Shown here one piece after another: positions 33,501 through 42,129 of a DNA stretch of 42,130 nucleotides. Numbering within the stretch: the stretch's first letter is position 1; the number at the start of each line of letters is the position of its first letter. Below the pieces are notes generated by a model. The model worked only from the letters and a program-made list of their open reading frames with translations. It was not told the origin of the DNA and did no database searches. The translations under genes were made by a program, and so were the position numbers. Origin of the DNA: Pedosphaera sp. (GTDB taxonomy: Bacteria > Verrucomicrobiota > Verrucomicrobiia > Limisphaerales > SXTU01). The stretch covers positions 1-42,130 of the forward strand of contig JAYTIO010000293.1 in assembly GCA_043731805.1 (NCBI GenBank), given 5' to 3'.

Positions 33501-34772
33501 GTGCTACCCGACCACGGCCCGCCGCCGCCGCCTGATTCCCGACCGCACACCGTGCTGGTCGTGGATGACGATGTGGCGACGGTGGAGTTGCTGGCGTGTG
33601 TGTTGGAGGACGAGGGATTCACAGTCTGGCAGGCACACACCGCTGCGGAGGCCCGAGCGCAAGTCGCCCTGCATTGCCCCGACTTGGTGCTGCTCGACGT
33701 GATGCTGCCGGACGCCGATGGGCGCACCTTGTGCCGTGAGTTCAAGGCGGCGGAGCGGACGCAGGCCGTCTTCATCATCCTGATTTCCGGCCTGGTGATT
33801 GGCTCGCAGAGCCGCATCAGCGGACTGAATCTCGGCGCGGACGAGTATCTGACGAAGCCCTTCCAGATGGAGGAGTTGATCGCCCGCATCCGTTCGTTCC
33901 TGCGCATCCGCGAGGCTTCGGAGGCGCTCCGCACGGCCAACGAACAGCTCGAGGCGCGTGTGTCGGAGCGCACCGAGGCTTTGCGCCTGTCCAACGGGAA
34001 GCTCCAGCAAGCTGCCGGGGAGCTGCGTGCGCTCACCAGCCGCCTGCTCGAAACGCAGGAGCGCGAGCGTCGCCGGCTGGCGCACGAACTGCATGACGAA
34101 GCCGGCCAGGCGCTGACGGTGCTGAAATTTTCCTTCGACAACCTCGAGGAGTCCGCCCAGGTGCAGTTGCCCGAAGCAATGGCGGACGGACGGGCCGCGC
34201 TCACTCGGCTAACGCAGCTCATCCGCAACCTGTGGCAGGAGCTGCGCCCGGCGATGCTGGAGGACTTCGGCCTGGTGCCGGCCTTGGTCTGGTATTTTGA
34301 CCGGCTCCGGCTCAGCACGCGGATCCAAGTGGATTTCCAACACGAGGGCGCGGATGGCCGACGGTTCGACCACGCCATCGAGACGGCGGCGTATCGGACC
34401 GTCCAGGAATGCCTGACCAACGTGACTCGCCACGCCGGGGTGCGGGAGGTTCGCGTGGTGCTGTGGGCCGGCCCCGGCCTGCTGCAAGTGCAGGTCGCCG
34501 ATCAGGGGCGCGGCTTCGACACGCGCGGGGGCCTGAGCCGCGACGGCAGTTGCGGATTGGTGGGCATGCAGGAACGCGTGCGGCAGTTGCGCGGCAACTG
34601 GTCCCTCACCACCAGTCCGGGGGCGGGCACGCGGGTGATTGCGGAATTTCCCCTGACTGAGGGCGCGTCCGTCGCCGTCAGTCCTGCCGCTCCGGCCCTC
34701 AATACGGGGTTTTCCCCGACTGAGACCCGGCAGTTGCGCCCGGCTGATTTTAACATCTCGACCAAGCCATGA
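33501..34772 (+). CDS. hybrid histidine kinase: REC - coiled coil - HisKA_3 - HATPase_c (no sensory domain)
   Basis: GTG start. The REC domain has TVLVVDDD, DLVLLDVMLPDADG and YLTKPF. The H-box is RRRLAHELHDEAGQAL, the N-box QECLTNVTRHA, G1 VADQGRGF and G2 GLVGMQERV. The stop overlaps the next gene's ATG (ATGA at 34769..34772). Confidence 0.88.
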   Translation: MLPDHGPPPPPDSRPHTVLVVDDDVATVELLACVLEDEGFTVWQAHTAAEARAQVALHCPDLVLLDVMLPDADGRTLCREFKAAERTQAVFIILISGLVIGSQSRISGLNLGADEYLTKPFQMEELIARIRSFLRIREASEALRTANEQLEARVSERTEALRLSNGKLQQAAGELRALTSRLLETQERERRRLAHELHDEAGQALTVLKFSFDNLEESAQVQLPEAMADGRAALTRLTQLIRNLWQELRPAMLEDFGLVPALVWYFDRLRLSTRIQVDFQHEGADGRRFDHAIETAAYRTVQECLTNVTRHAGVREVRVVLWAGPGLLQVQVADQGRGFDTRGGLSRDGSCGLVGMQERVRQLRGNWSLTTSPGAGTRVIAEFPLTEGASVAVSPAAPALNTGFSPTETRQLRPADFNISTKP

Positions 34773-35413
34773 CACGTCACTCCATCCTCATTGTTGATGA
34801 CCACCCGCTGGTGCGGCGCGGCATCCGCGGGCTGCTCCAGGGGCAGCCGGACTTTCATGTCGTCGGCGAAGCTGCCGACGGCCTGACCGCGCTGCATCTG
34901 GTGGAGCAACACCGCCCCGACGTGGTGGTGTTGGACATCGTGATGCCCATGCTCGGCGGCCTGGACCTCCTCCGCCAACTGGCGCAGAACCCGAGCCGGC
35001 CCCGGACGGTGGTGCTGTCCTTGCACGATGACCCGGGCTACGTGCAGCAGGCCATGCGGCTGGGCGCGGCGGGCTATGTGTTGAAGCACTCGGCCTCGAC
35101 CTTCCTCGTCGCGGCGGTGCGCGACGCGCTGGCGGGGCGGTTTTTCTCCAGTTGCCCGCTGGGCACCGACGCCCCGGCTCAGCCCGAGGCACCGCAGCGT
35201 CATCTGATGGATCGCGGCGAACTGCTGACGGCGGAAGAGCGGCTGGTGTTGCGGTTGATGGCGACCGGGGCCTCGGAGGAACAGATGGCCCCCAAGCTGG
35301 CGTATCAACCCCTGGCCATCCCCATGTTGTGCCGCAACATCGCGCTCAAGTTCGGGCTCCAGCAGCCGGCGGACCTGCGTCAGTTGGCCTCCCAGTGGGC
35401 GCGCGAGAACTAG
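34769..35413 (+). CDS. NarL/LuxR-family response regulator, paralog 1 (atypical HTH)
   Basis: The REC domain has ILIVDDHPLVRRG, DVVVLDIVMP and GYVLK. The C-terminal LuxR-like segment is LTAEERLVLRLMATGASEEQMAPKLAYQPLAIPMLCRNIALKFGL. Confidence 0.88.
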   Translation: MTRHSILIVDDHPLVRRGIRGLLQGQPDFHVVGEAADGLTALHLVEQHRPDVVVLDIVMPMLGGLDLLRQLAQNPSRPRTVVLSLHDDPGYVQQAMRLGAAGYVLKHSASTFLVAAVRDALAGRFFSSCPLGTDAPAQPEAPQRHLMDRGELLTAEERLVLRLMATGASEEQMAPKLAYQPLAIPMLCRNIALKFGLQQPADLRQLASQWAREN

Positions 35414-35431
35414 CGGGCCCGGGCCGCGCCC

Positions 35432-36082
35432 ATGAAAACCACGAGCATCCTCATCGTGGACGATCACCCGCTGGTGCGCCGCAGCATCGCCGGACTGTTG
35501 CGGGCGCAGCCCGACTTCCGGGTCGTGGGCGAGGCCGCCAACGGCTTGGAGGCGCTGCACTTGATCGAGCAGACCACGCCTGATGTCGTCGTGACCGACA
35601 TTGTGATGCCCCTGGTGGGCGGCCTCGACCTGCTCCGGGAACTCTCCCAGCAGATGCCGCGTCCGCTGCTGGTCGTGCTCTCGCTCTTCGACGACCCGCG
35701 CTACGTGCAAGAGGCGACGGAGTGCGGCGCCGCCGCCTACGTGCTCAAGCAGTCCGCGCCCACCTTCCTCGTCACCGCCATCCGCGACGCGCTGGCGGGG
35801 CGCTTCTTCTGCACGCCGGCGATTTCCGGGCAGGCGCTCGCGGAGATCGCCAGCCGCTTCCGCGACCCGCCCTGGAGCCGCCCCGGCCTGCTGAACGATG
35901 ACGAACGGACGGTGCTCGAACTGCTCGGCTCCGGCTGCGCGCCGGAGGAAATCACCCGCCGGGTCGCGCACCAACCACTGCCGGTGCCGCTGGTCTGCCA
36001 GAACATCGTGCGCAAGCTCGGCCTCAGCAGCGAGGCCGACCTCCGGCGTTACGCGGAGCACTGGACGGCGGCGCAGCACTGA
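35432..36082 (+). CDS. NarL/LuxR-family response regulator, paralog 2 (atypical HTH)
   Basis: The REC domain has ILIVDDHPLVRRS, DVVVTDIVMP and AYVLK, and by eye is about 70% identical to paralog 1. The C-terminal segment is LNDDERTVLELLGSGCAPEEITRRVAHQPLPVPLVCQNIVRKLGL. Confidence 0.88.
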   Translation: MKTTSILIVDDHPLVRRSIAGLLRAQPDFRVVGEAANGLEALHLIEQTTPDVVVTDIVMPLVGGLDLLRELSQQMPRPLLVVLSLFDDPRYVQEATECGAAAYVLKQSAPTFLVTAIRDALAGRFFCTPAISGQALAEIASRFRDPPWSRPGLLNDDERTVLELLGSGCAPEEITRRVAHQPLPVPLVCQNIVRKLGLSSEADLRRYAEHWTAAQH

Positions 36083-36097
36083 GGCGGATATGCGGCA

Positions 36098-36122
36098 GAG
36101 CGCGGGCGGCCAGCCCGCGCTC
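36098..36122 (+). terminator. GC-rich hairpin 16 nt after the response-regulator stop (REP-like; weak terminator candidate)
   Basis: GAGCGCGGGC-ggcca-GCCCGCGCTC is a perfect 10-bp stem. No T-tract follows. It resembles the family A core. Confidence 0.35.
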
Positions 36123-36130
36123 CGTGGCCC

Positions 36131-36171
36131 GAAAATCAAAACACCCGCCGCAGTCGGAACTGGGGCGGGTG
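36131..36171 (-). terminator. rho-independent terminator of the small secreted-protein gene
   Basis: On the minus strand, CACCCGCC...GGCGGGTG forms an 8-bp outer stem, extendable through CAGT/ACTG. It is followed by TTTTGATTTTC and lies 18 nt downstream of the stop at 36189. Confidence 0.6.
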
Positions 36172-36188
36172 CGCAGGCAAGGCTGGGG

Positions 36189-36536
36189 CTACTTCTTCTT
36201 CGGCACGGTGGCGGTGCCCGCGACCGCGCCGGTCTTGATGCTCACCGCGTTCAGCTTCTCGCCCAGCATGAAGGTGCTCACGGTCGCGTCCGCGCCGACC
36301 TTGATGTTCTCCAACTTCGACGGCTTGCCGGAGTCGGTGATGACGGTGGTCTCGTCCACGGCGAGCGTCTTGCCCGCGATGGTGATGGTCTTGGCCTCCT
36401 TGTCCACGGCGGTGATTTTCCCGTGCAGGGCGGTGTCCGGCGCCATCTTCTTGGCGGCGGCCGAGGCGGCAGGGGTGAGGACGGAGCACGCGATGGCCGC
36501 AGCCAGCGTGAGGAGGGAACGAGTGAGGGAGCGCAT
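36189..36536 (-). CDS. small secreted protein (DUF5666-like beta-rich repeat pattern)
   Basis: The signal is MRSLTRSLLTLAAAIACSVLTPAASA. The mature part is GKITAVDKEAKTITIAGKTLAVDETTVITD...VSIKTG with a KKK tail. It has its own terminator. Confidence 0.75.
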   Translation of the reverse strand: MRSLTRSLLTLAAAIACSVLTPAASAAAKKMAPDTALHGKITAVDKEAKTITIAGKTLAVDETTVITDSGKPSKLENIKVGADATVSTFMLGEKLNAVSIKTGAVAGTATVPKKK

Positions 36537-36658
36537 AGTTTGGTTTTGTTTCAGTCGCGGACTTGGACGTGACGGGAGGTGGGGACGTTACAGGGGAACG
36601 TGTTCAGCGTTCAGAACCGGCTGGGGCGTGGGTTGAGCCACGGATGACGGCACAGGGC

Positions 36659-37993
36659 TTACTTCCCCACCTGCTCCACGCCCTTCTGCCACGCCGGCGG
36701 ATTCGACAGCTTGAAGAGCAACTCTCCCGCCTTGCGCACGAGCAGCACCCCCTCGGCCTCGCGGTTCGCGTAGCTCTCGATGTCAATCGTCGCGGGGTCG
36801 CGGTAGCCCATGTTGATGCGTTCGCAGACCGCGCGCGGGATGCCGGTGGCGAGGGTGACCTTGATGCGGCAGTGCTCAACGCCCTTCTCGAACGTGCCGA
36901 TGCCGCGCACGTGCGTGCTGTGGGCGAGCACGCCCCAGGGGTAATCCTTGAACTTGTCCCACTGCTTCAGGAAGTAGTCGCGGCAGTGGTAGCCGATGGC
37001 GTGCATGGTCTGGTTGTGCGTGACGCTGACCTCGGTGACGTGCGGCGCGTAGATGATGAGTTCGCCGCCGTCGGCCACGACCGGCTCCAGTTTATACATC
37101 GCCTTCCCGGCGGTCCAAACGTCCTCATACATCTTCGGCGCGCAGGAGAGCACCGTGTGATAAGGCCGGTCGCGGAAGACGATGTGCTCGGTGCGGGACA
37201 CGTCCGCCGCCGCATCCCACGCGGCCTCCGGTGAGCCGATGAACAGGCCGGCCAGCGACTTGTCCGGGCGCACGACCATCGCGAGGCAGAGCTTGCTGAC
37301 CTTCACCATCGCGCCCACGCGGTCCACGACGCGGCGCACGGGCGTCCACTTGTTGCCGATGGTCATCGGGTTGGTCACGCACCCGCCGAGCCAGTGGAAG
37401 AAGTTCAAAATCTCCGGGCCTGCCACGCCGGGGAAGAGATACTTGTTGCCGCCGCTGAACCCGACGACTTCGTGCGGAAACACCGGGCCGATGATGACGA
37501 TCTGGTCGTAGTCGAAGACGCGCTTGTTGATCTGAACCGGAACGTCCAGCTCGAAGAGGCCGTCGGAAAGCTCCCGCGTGTCGGCCTTGGTGAGCGTGCC
37601 GATGTTGGTGAGCGCGGCGGGGTTGTCCCACTCGTGGTTGAAGAAGCGGACCTGGGCGTAGGTGCTGGCGCGCTCGGCGGCGGTGATTTCCAGCCGGTCG
37701 CAAATCGCTGCCTCGCTCATGGGCTGGTGCGTGCCCAGCGCGATGAGGATGTCGAAGTGCGCCGTGACCGCGCCGAGTTGCCGGAAGAGCGTCTGGAACA
37801 TCAGCCCCACGGGCGCGGTGCGCGTGGCGTCGGGCACGAGGAGCAGGACGCGCTTGCCCCGGTAAGCATTGGCCGGACACGCCTGCACGACGAGTTCGGC
37901 GACTTGGGCGGCGGAGACGGCGGAGCCTTTCGGGGCGGTCGAAGCGCGCAAGTTCATGGGCAGAATAGACCACGGAATGGCAACGAGGGTCAC
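36659..37993 (-). CDS. LarA-like (DUF2088, lactate racemase family) protein
   Basis: Motifs are VLLLVPDATRTAP, ALGTHQPM and PHEVVGFSGGNKYLFPGVAGPEILNFFHW. The H-x9-K-x15-H spacing matches my recollection of LarA His174/Lys184/His200. An alternative start is the ATG at complement 37955..37957. Confidence 0.8.
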   Translation of the reverse strand: MTLVAIPWSILPMNLRASTAPKGSAVSAAQVAELVVQACPANAYRGKRVLLLVPDATRTAPVGLMFQTLFRQLGAVTAHFDILIALGTHQPMSEAAICDRLEITAAERASTYAQVRFFNHEWDNPAALTNIGTLTKADTRELSDGLFELDVPVQINKRVFDYDQIVIIGPVFPHEVVGFSGGNKYLFPGVAGPEILNFFHWLGGCVTNPMTIGNKWTPVRRVVDRVGAMVKVSKLCLAMVVRPDKSLAGLFIGSPEAAWDAAADVSRTEHIVFRDRPYHTVLSCAPKMYEDVWTAGKAMYKLEPVVADGGELIIYAPHVTEVSVTHNQTMHAIGYHCRDYFLKQWDKFKDYPWGVLAHSTHVRGIGTFEKGVEHCRIKVTLATGIPRAVCERINMGYRDPATIDIESYANREAEGVLLVRKAGELLFKLSNPPAWQKGVEQVGK

Positions 37994-38072
37994 GGACTTT
38001 GCAGCGCGGACCGGGTCCGGGTGAGCTGAATTTGGCTCGCCAACCGGACAAAATCCGGTGAACTAGCCGTCC

Positions 38073-38873
38073 ATGTCCGAGTGTTGGAAATCCTCCTCGC
38101 TACCTTGCCTGTGCGTCCTCTTCGGCGCGCTGCTGGCGGCTGCGCCGGGCGCGTCCGCCCAGGGCAAGTTCACCGCCACGAAGGAGAAACCTTACGCCAA
38201 CACGCTGGGCATGAAGTTCGTGCCTGTGCCCGGCCCGCGCATCCTAATGAGCGTCTTCGAGACCCGCGTGGCGGATTACCTGCCCTTCGCGGATGCCTTC
38301 GGGCCGCACGACTGGGCCGCGCTCGGCTACACGGGCCGGACGAACCATCCCATCGGCAATGTAAGCTGGGAGGAAGCGGCGGCGTATTGCCGCTGGCTCA
38401 CGGAGAAGGAGCGCCAGAGCGGCGCGCTGGGAAAGAAGGACCGCTACCGCTTGCCGACGGACGCCGAGTGGAGCGCCGCCGTCGGCAAGGGCAAGTATCC
38501 GTGGGGCGACAACTGGCCCAAGATGGCCGACTGGCCCAAGCTCCCCGGCTACAAGCCCGCCGACGGCGACAACACCGCGCCCGTGGGCAGCCGGCCCGCG
38601 AACGAGTTGGGCTTGCACGACCTCGGCGGCAACGTTTTCGAGTGGGTCAACGACTGGTATGTGAAGACGATGAACGACCCAAAAATCCGGCAGGAGGACA
38701 AGAAGCTCAACGAGGACGGTGGCGGCAGGAAGTTCAAGGTCCTGCGCGGCGCGTCCTGGGTGTTCTGGGATTCCATGAGCCTCCAAAACGCCTGCCGCCA
38801 TGTCGCGCTGCCGGGCGGGCGCGGCAACCTGTATGGCTTCCGCTGCGTGCTGGAGGCCGACGGGGAGAAGTGA
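38073..38873 (+). CDS. secreted FGE-sulfatase (SUMF1/formylglycine-generating enzyme-like) domain protein
   Basis: The signal is ..[18 protein letters not shown]. Motifs are [66 protein letters not shown] and YGFRCV. Confidence 0.85.
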   Translation: MSECWKSSSLPCLCVLFGALLAAAPGASAQGKFTATKEKPYANTLGMKFVPVPGPRILMSVFETRVADYLPFADAFGPHDWAALGYTGRTNHPIGNVSWEEAAAYCRWLTEKERQSGALGKKDRYRLPTDAEWSAAVGKGKYPWGDNWPKMADWPKLPGYKPADGDNTAPVGSRPANELGLHDLGGNVFEWVNDWYVKTMNDPKIRQEDKKLNEDGGGRKFKVLRGASWVFWDSMSLQNACRHVALPGGRGNLYGFRCVLEADGEK

Positions 38874-39042
38874 GGGCGGAGGAGTCGCAGGCTTTCGATC
38901 AGCCGGGGGGTTCAGCAAGCAGGGACGGGTGGAAGGGGCTGCAACTCGTCCACCGGGCTTCGGGCAGATCCAACGCCAGCTCGTTCTCCCCCCCGCGTCG
39001 TCCGCCGCCACTGGACCATTCTGTCGCAAGCTGGCGAACCGC

Positions 39043-40023
39043 TTATGCCGCCAGGTGGAAATAGCCGTGGATGTGCGGCACGCCGCGGAAATACCACACC
39101 ATCTCCGGCCCTTCGATCTGCCAGGTGTCCCAGACCCGGTCGTTGCCGATGTCGTAGGGCCCGCCGTAACAGGAGACGAAGAGCCGCTCGACCAACTGCT
39201 TGTCCTGAATGGTCTTCATGGTGGCGGCGACGTCGTCGGGCCGGAAGCAGACGAGCATGCGGCGCATGGTTTCCAGCAGCTTGGCCTGCTGGTCCTTGCT
39301 CAGGTCCGCGCCGCTGAGTCCGGGCAGATCCGTCTTGCGCTTCTGGATGACCGTCGCCGGGCTTTCCCCCCTCGGCTCGCGCCCGACCAGGATCTGCGCC
39401 TGTTGTTTGCCGTCCAGCGCGTGGACGAACTCGTTGAAGATCAGCCCCTGATACCAGAAGGGATTGCCCTCGTGATCCTTCGACTCGTTGAACGCCTTGG
39501 CGAAGTTCCCGTAGAAAATCGGCGCGCCACCGAAGCCAAGCCCCTGGTCCGTGTGGGCATTGCAGCGCCGCGTCACATGGTGCCCGGTGTAAATAAACTC
39601 AAAACTCTGGTCGCCCGGCGTGCCGAAGAAACCTACCGAGGGCGTGTTCTTGAGGTTGCCCATGAGGTCCTTCTCCACCTGCCAGCTCATCTTCGCGCGA
39701 TGCTCCGGGTGATGTAGTGACTCGAAGATCTGCCGCACGAGATCTTGTTGGTCCTTGGTGTAGAAGGTGTGGAGCCGCTGCTCGGGACAGATATACCACC
39801 AGTTGCTGACGTATTGGCGCTTGGGGTGGTCCACGGGCAGACAGATCTTGGCGCGCTGCTCCTCGGTGAGGCTCTTGTAGAACTGCATCGGCAGGGAATC
39901 CTTCCCCGCCGGGCCGGCCCGCAAATTGGGCAGCGCGGCGAAAGCGGCGGTGACGCCGAGCGCCCGGATGATCTCGCGGCGGTTAATGAGCTTCGGGGGG
40001 CTGGCAAGGAGGTTGAATTTCAT
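39043..40023 (-). CDS. Tat-exported protein, DUF3500-like
   Basis: I trim the 448-aa track ORF to the ATG at complement 40021..40023, giving MKFNLLASPPKLINRREIIRALGVTAAFAALP (twin-Arg-like signal). The C-terminus is GPEMVWYFRGVPHIHGYFHLA. The family call is from memory and only moderately certain. Confidence 0.7.
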   Translation of the reverse strand: MKFNLLASPPKLINRREIIRALGVTAAFAALPNLRAGPAGKDSLPMQFYKSLTEEQRAKICLPVDHPKRQYVSNWWYICPEQRLHTFYTKDQQDLVRQIFESLHHPEHRAKMSWQVEKDLMGNLKNTPSVGFFGTPGDQSFEFIYTGHHVTRRCNAHTDQGLGFGGAPIFYGNFAKAFNESKDHEGNPFWYQGLIFNEFVHALDGKQQAQILVGREPRGESPATVIQKRKTDLPGLSGADLSKDQQAKLLETMRRMLVCFRPDDVAATMKTIQDKQLVERLFVSCYGGPYDIGNDRVWDTWQIEGPEMVWYFRGVPHIHGYFHLAA

Positions 40024-40043
40024 GTAATCACTCTCGCGTGGAT

Positions 40044-40053
40044 GGGGGGGGGG
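40044..40053. repeat. G10/C10 homopolymer tract 20 nt upstream of the DUF3500-like gene start
   Basis: The sequence gatgggggggggggaaacc is read directly. On the coding (minus) strand the order is hairpin CCAGCCG-cgaaatt-CGGCTGG, then TTT, then C10, then 20 nt, then ATG. Confidence 0.9.
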
Positions 40054-40286
40054 AAACCAGCCGAATTTCGCGGCTGGATTCGGGCCTTGCGCTCGCCGCA
40101 CCGTGGCTGGCGGGTGCGGGCAAGACCTTTGACTTCGGTGCCATCGTAGTGGCGATTGCGTTTCCCGTTTCGCGCGAGCGGCTCGGGCCGTGGACGCGGG
40201 CCGAAAGGCTCCAGCAAGGGCGGGCGGCGCTGGTTGCCGCCACTCTCGGCGCGGCGGCGGCGCGTCCGTTTCGCTTCTCCGCCGGG

Positions 40287-41264
40287 CTATACGGTGAGCG
40301 CGTAGTGGCGCAGCGCATTGGCGGACCACAGCTTGCGCTGCTGCGCCACCGGCCGACTGGCGATGATCTGCCGGAGCATCGCCACCCATTGCGGATAGCT
40401 CGCGCCGAGCAGGCAGACGGGCCAGTCGCCGCCGAAGACGACGCGGTCGGGACCGAAGGCGTCGAGGCAGTGGTTCACGACGGGGGCGAGGTCTCCCGCC
40501 TCGCCGCCCGGGGGCAGGCTCGCGGCGATGCCGGAGATTTTGCCGATGACGTTGGGGCGCTTGGCGAGCGCGGCGATGGCGCGCTTCCAGTCATCGGCGG
40601 TGTGGCGCGGGCGCTCCTCACCGGGGCGGGGAGGACGGAAGGCCTTGAGGTCGGGATTGCCGCAATGGTCGAGCACGAAACGCGTGCCGGGGCAGAGCTC
40701 GGTGAGCTTCAGCGCGTCCCCCAGTTCCGGCGCGCGCATGCAGAGATCAAAGCGTTTGCCCAACTCGCCCAGCAGGCGCACGCCCCGCACGAACTCGGGC
40801 TTCAGGCAGTAGCCCGCCGGCGTCGCCGGGGAATGAAGCACGCGACGCACGCCCTTGAAGCTGGGGTCGGCCCGGAAGCGCCGGACATAGGCCCCGAAGT
40901 CGGGCGCGTCCGGGCGTCCGCCGATGACGGCGGCGCGCGTGGGTGCCTGGCGACTGCGCGCGAGCCCGAGCACAAATTCCGCCTCGCTCACCAGTTCGGT
41001 CTCGGCCGAGTCCACTTCCATGTAGATGGCGCGGACGTTCAGGCCGGCGGTGGCGGCGAGGTATTCTTCGGTGCGGTAGCTGTGCCGGAGGATTTCCGGC
41101 GCGCCGCCCAGCCACGGGAGGGACTGTTTCGCGAGGTCCCAGAGGTGCTGGTGGGTGTCAATGATGAGGGCGTCCGGAGCCGACGGCAGGGTGGCGCACC
41201 CGGCGGTGGCGGCGACGGTGGTCAGGGCGGTGTGTTGGAGAAACTGACGGCGAGTGGTTTGCAT
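40287..41264 (-). CDS. Tat-exported amidohydrolase-2 family (TIM-barrel metal-dependent hydrolase, lactonase-like)
   Basis: The internal ATG at complement 41262..41264 gives MQTTRRQFLQHTALTTVAATAGCA (Tat signal). IIDTHQHLWD is the metal-binding HxH motif, followed by FVLDHCG and FGGDWPV. Confidence 0.85.
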   Translation of the reverse strand: MQTTRRQFLQHTALTTVAATAGCATLPSAPDALIIDTHQHLWDLAKQSLPWLGGAPEILRHSYRTEEYLAATAGLNVRAIYMEVDSAETELVSEAEFVLGLARSRQAPTRAAVIGGRPDAPDFGAYVRRFRADPSFKGVRRVLHSPATPAGYCLKPEFVRGVRLLGELGKRFDLCMRAPELGDALKLTELCPGTRFVLDHCGNPDLKAFRPPRPGEERPRHTADDWKRAIAALAKRPNVIGKISGIAASLPPGGEAGDLAPVVNHCLDAFGPDRVVFGGDWPVCLLGASYPQWVAMLRQIIASRPVAQQRKLWSANALRHYALTV

Positions 41265-41397
41265 GACCGGACGATGTGCCAATCGGGACGGTGCTGCCAA
41301 CCGTTTCTTGGGCTACCGGCCACCGTGCCCACTTGGAAATGATGGCTCCCCCAACGATGGGTTGAACTCCCCGCCCCGCGCCCGCTATCCTCCGCGC

Positions 41398-42129
41398 ATG
41401 GGCCGCCAGTGGTTACACGCCAAACGCCTCGTCAACAACCTGAAGAAGGGCAAGACGACCGGCAAACTCGTCCGCGAAATCATGGTCGCCGCCAAGCTCG
41501 GCGGCGCGGACCTCGCCGCCAACGCGCGCCTCTTCACCGCTTGCGAGAAGGCGCGCAAGGACAGCGTCAACCGCGATGTCATCGAGCGCGCCATCAAGAA
41601 AGGCTCTGGCACCGGCGACGACAAGCTGGTGCTCGACCACATCGTCTTCGAGGGCTACACGCCGCACAAGGTGCCCGTCATCGTCGAGGTGATGACCGAC
41701 AACGTGAACCGCACCGCGCCCGAGGTCCGCGTGCTGTTCAAGCCGGGCCAGCTCGGCACCACGGGGAGCAACAAGTTCCTCTTCGACCACGTCGGCCTGG
41801 TCGAGGCGCACCATCCCACCGCCGGCACCGACATCGAAGCCGCCGCCATCGAGGCCGGCGCGAACGAGGTCGAGCCGCTGACCTCCGCGCAGAATGACGA
41901 CATCCCCGAGGACGCGACCGGCGCACGCTTCATCACCGACCGCACGGCCATTCACGCGGTCTCGCAGTGGCTGGCGAAGAACGGCTGGACGGTGGTGACG
42001 AGCGAGATGGGTTACGTGCCGAAGAGTTTTACGGAACTCACGGAGCCGCAGCGCACCGAAGTCGGCGAGTTCCTCAACGAGCTGGACGCGCACGACGACG
42101 TCCATCGCGTCTGGGCCGCGCTGAAGTGA
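41398..42129 (+). CDS. YebC/PmpR-family transcriptional regulator
   Basis: The internal ATG at 41398 gives MGRQWLHAKRLVNNLKKGKTTGKLVREIMVAAKLGGADLAANARL...EGYTPHKVPVIVEVMTDNVNRTAPEVR. The stop lies 1 nt before the window end. Confidence 0.92.
   Translation: MGRQWLHAKRLVNNLKKGKTTGKLVREIMVAAKLGGADLAANARLFTACEKARKDSVNRDVIERAIKKGSGTGDDKLVLDHIVFEGYTPHKVPVIVEVMTDNVNRTAPEVRVLFKPGQLGTTGSNKFLFDHVGLVEAHHPTAGTDIEAAAIEAGANEVEPLTSAQNDDIPEDATGARFITDRTAIHAVSQWLAKNGWTVVTSEMGYVPKSFTELTEPQRTEVGEFLNELDAHDDVHRVWAALK

Noticed and set aside
36098-36122. 10-bp-stem hairpin after the second response regulator as an intrinsic terminator.
   Set aside because: I kept it only as a low-confidence feature. No T-tract follows on the plus strand, and it looks more like another REP-type hairpin. 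The convincing terminator in this spacer (36131..36171) belongs to the minus-strand gene.
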